64,000 nt of DNA, taken from Podarcis liolepis. Taxonomy: Eukaryota. The stretch lies in the NCBI GenBank assembly GCA_965112155.1, contig OZ218099.1; one strand, 5' to 3'. A program made the translations under genes and the position numbers. Of the stretch, positions 61,125-64,000 are shown piece after piece. A model generated the notes under the pieces. That model was not told the DNA's origin and ran no database searches. It saw only the letters and a program-made list of their open reading frames with translations. The number at the start of each line of letters is the position of its first letter. Positions within the stretch are counted from its first letter, which is position 1.

Positions 61125-61677
61125 CATATTGCATAACTAGTCAACGGTCTGTTTTCAGGCGCAATTCAGAGTGCTGCTTTTGACCTCTAAAGCTCTCTAT
61201 GACTTAGGTCCAAGCTATTCAAAGGACTGTATTTCCTCATATGAACCTTCCCGGGTTTTGAGTTCTTTTGGGGGAGGCCCTTCTCTTGGTCCTGCCACTC
61301 TCACCGCATGCTTGGAGGGGACACGTTTAGGTCTTTTTGGTGTCTTCTCCCAGACTTTGGAACTGCCTCCCTAGAGAAGCCAAACTGGCTCCTTCCTTGT
61401 TGTCCACCTTCCGACAGGTGAATACTTTATTTTTCCAACAGGGAGCTGCTTTTATAATGAAAAAGCTGGTGCTGTGCTTTTTTTATTGTAATTATGTGTA
61501 TCGTTTTAACTGATTTCTATAGATAGAATTAAAACTATCTATGTTTAATTGTTTTTTAATTATTGTTTTTTCAAAGTTTTTAGCGGCTCTTATTTTTTAT
61601 CTGCAAGCCTCCTTGAATCATGTGAGGGGAAAAGGCAGGGCATAGATAAAATGATGATGATGATGATGATGATGATG
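61125..61677 (+). mobile_element. Older L2 3' fragment ending in (GAT)n
   Basis: Encodes FRVLLLTSKALYDLGPSYSKDCISSYEPSRVL (L2 ORF2 end); terminal gcaagcctccttga...aggcaggg.ataga. Confidence 0.7.
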
Positions 61678-62492
61678 CAGTTGAGGTCATTTTGGACTCT
61701 GAACTTAATGGTCCTACCAGTGTGGGTGGATGTGGGTGTCTTTTGATGGCAGTGTGTATTACTTCATTTCAAATGTTGTAATGCCCCCCATCACAATTTC
61801 TTCAACACCTTTATAATGTTGGTTTCTAAAGGCCAATTCTTAAAGAGGCAGGTGTTGCAAAATATCCTGCTTGCTTCTCGTTCAGACCCCCCCCCCCGTT
61901 TTTTTAAGTATGCGTTCCCGTGACCTGATTTATCTCATTATTCATCTTGCAAATTACCATAAGGAGGTGCACGGCCAGAACCTTTCTTCATTTTCGGAGC
62001 TGACAATAATCATTCCTCTTCTATTTTCTGTCTCTCTGGTTGCTCTGTGCTTCCTGTGTAAGATGATATCTTTATGCCCAGACTGGCAGATGGAAAACCA
62101 AGAATCCGTTACATTTGCAATTATGATTTCCTAGTTGGCTTGCCTTGCCTCTGAAGCTACCCTATTGTGCCTTGTCAGTTTCTGCAGTGTGTGCCTTCTG
62201 GAGTTCCTCCCTAGTCCCCATGCCCTTCCGTTTCTTCTTCTTGCTATTCTGTCCTGCCCTCAATTAAAATAACCATTGCTTGGCATTGTATTTCCTGCAT
62301 CCTGTAGATACCTGCAGAAAGCGTCCAAAAAACCCACAGAGGGTCAGTATCAGCCCCATGGATCAACAGTTTGGGTTGTAAACATTTTTACATTTTGTTG
62401 CTGCTGTCTATTAAAACAAGATTCTGTTTTCTTCTTCCTGAGATAGAACCAGTTCATGTGAGCATTTTGTAAGGGGCAGCAAAGTGCAGATA

Positions 62493-62718
62493 CAGTGGTA
62501 CCTCGGGTTAAGTACTTAATTTGTTCCGGAGGTCTGTTCTTAATCTGAAACTGTTCTTAACCTGAAGCACCACTTTAGCTAATGGGGCCTCCCGCTGCTG
62601 CCGCGCCACCGGAGCACGCTTTCTGTTCTCATCCTGAAGCAAAGTTCTTAACCTGAAGCACTATTTCTGGGTTAGCGGAGTCTGTAACCTGAAGTGTATG
62701 TAACCTGAGGTACCACTG
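62493..62718. mobile_element. Subfamily 1 MITE, orientation A
   Basis: TIRs and TA TSD. Confidence 0.9.
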
Positions 62719-63454
62719 TACTGACCATGAGTTGTTTCCGTTTGGTTCTAGAGAGTTTGGTTTGATTTGAGGGATATTCTGACTAGAATAGTTGGAACAA
62801 ATAATAAAATTGCCTGTAAATAAAACCTTAAAAAAATTAGCACAATATGTGCAATTGCTAGATATAGATTAGCTAGAAGCTCAGTGCAAACAGGAAACAC
62901 CAAACACATTGACTGCCTACTTCAGCCCCCCCAGGCTTCAGTCCTATATGCAGTTAAGCAAGAGTTAAGTCCTCAATAGAACTTACTTCTGACATATATT
63001 GGATTGTGGTGTAAATGGAGCCCTACATCCAAATCAGTGACAAACCCAGCTGAAGCCTCAGGGTGGGAATGAGCAAAGAAGTGTATTAAACGAGCAGCAA
63101 AAGTTATGTAAGAAGCAGGAGGCAATCCCATGATCTATACATAGGAAGGAAATTGGTGCAACCACCATTAAGTCCCTGCTGTGTGCCATCTCAGATCTTG
63201 TATAAAAAAAAGAAAAGCTATCAGGGATGCCTCCCTCAGGGATATAATTCTAGAGGTACAGATGTACATATGGGAGAAGCACTCAGGCATTTTATTAATG
63301 CTAAATTGTATTTTTCCACATCAAATATTTCTGGAGTCCCATTTCTTCTGCTTTTTTTCTTTGCTTCCCCCCCATCCCCCAGTGACTGCCATGAGTGTTG
63401 AGTAGTGCACTAATCCCATGTTTATGCGGTGGCAAGCCTTGTAAACTTTGAGAT

Positions 63455-63945
63455 CCAGTGTGTCGTAATAGTTAGAGTGCTGGACTAAGACCTGGGAGAC
63501 CAGCATTCAAATCGCTACCAAGCCATAAAGCTAGCTCACCTTGGGCCAGTCACAGTCTCCCAGCCTAAGGGGCACATCTACACGTACCTTTTGGCCTGCG
63601 CTTCCTAAGTTCACAGGAAAACCTGCTCTTTAATGCTGAATTGGAACAAATGGCAATTTGGCTTTTCCATAGATTGCTATTTGCTCCAATTTAGTGGTAG
63701 AGAGCAGGTTTTTGTGGGGAAAGTTCCGGGGCAAGAAAGAAAAGAAAAGAAAAGTGCTTGGACAAGGGAGCTTTAAATCACAGACCTGTACCTGGAAGTG
63801 CAGCACGAAAGGATGTCTGGATGAGTCCTAACCCACCTCACAGGGTTGTTGTAATAATAAAAATTGGGGAGGAGGGAGAACCAGGTACACCATCTTGAGC
63901 TCCTTGGAGGAAAGGTGGGATATGAAAGTAAACATAATAATAAGC
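63455..63945 (+). mobile_element. Squam3/MIR-like CORE SINE interrupted by a DNA element
   Basis: Head ccagtgtg..atagttagagtgctggactaagacctgggagacc; CORE ccttgggccagtcacagtctcccagcctaa | cccacctcacagggttgttgt; tail gagctccttggaggaaaggtgggatat. Confidence 0.75.
63569..63828. mobile_element. Palindromic Harbinger-like MITE inserted in the CORE SINE
   Basis: Imperfect TIRs gggcacatctacac / gtctggatgagtcc; TAA duplicated at both junctions; internal palindrome 63614-63717. Confidence 0.7.
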
Positions 63946-64000
63946 AAGTGCTGTATTTAGTCATGTTTACATCTATGTAGGCATGGCTGCTTTAGAGCAG

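Overview
Vertebrate genomic DNA, almost certainly a squamate reptile and probably a lacertid lizard. This is inferred from the repeats: Sauria SINE, Bov-B, Squam3-like SINE, CR1-tailed tRNA SINEs and L2. Two genes are recognisable on the + strand, in the same order as in mammals. (1) The last coding codons and 3' UTR of RHOT1/Miro1 (1-~1150). (2) RHBDL3 (rhomboid-like 3): a ~2.2 kb CpG island, coding exon 1 (23659-23781), a 24-nt exon 2 (32126-32149), and an intron 2 running past the window end (exon 3 not found). The rest is intergenic or intronic and full of SINEs, LINE 3' ends, Tc1/mariner-, hAT- and Harbinger-like MITEs, one solo LTR and microsatellites. Almost all ORF-track entries are spurious or TE-derived. 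I see no convincing wholly new gene system. The best leads are the RHBDL3 microexon (neural-microexon-like splice architecture, encoding the helix entering the EF-hand), CR1-tailed SINEs with swapped tRNA heads including an Ile-GAT anticodon, a near-perfect ~180-nt hairpin element, and a CpG-rich solo LTR. Gene and TE family names come from remembered sequences, not from a database search.
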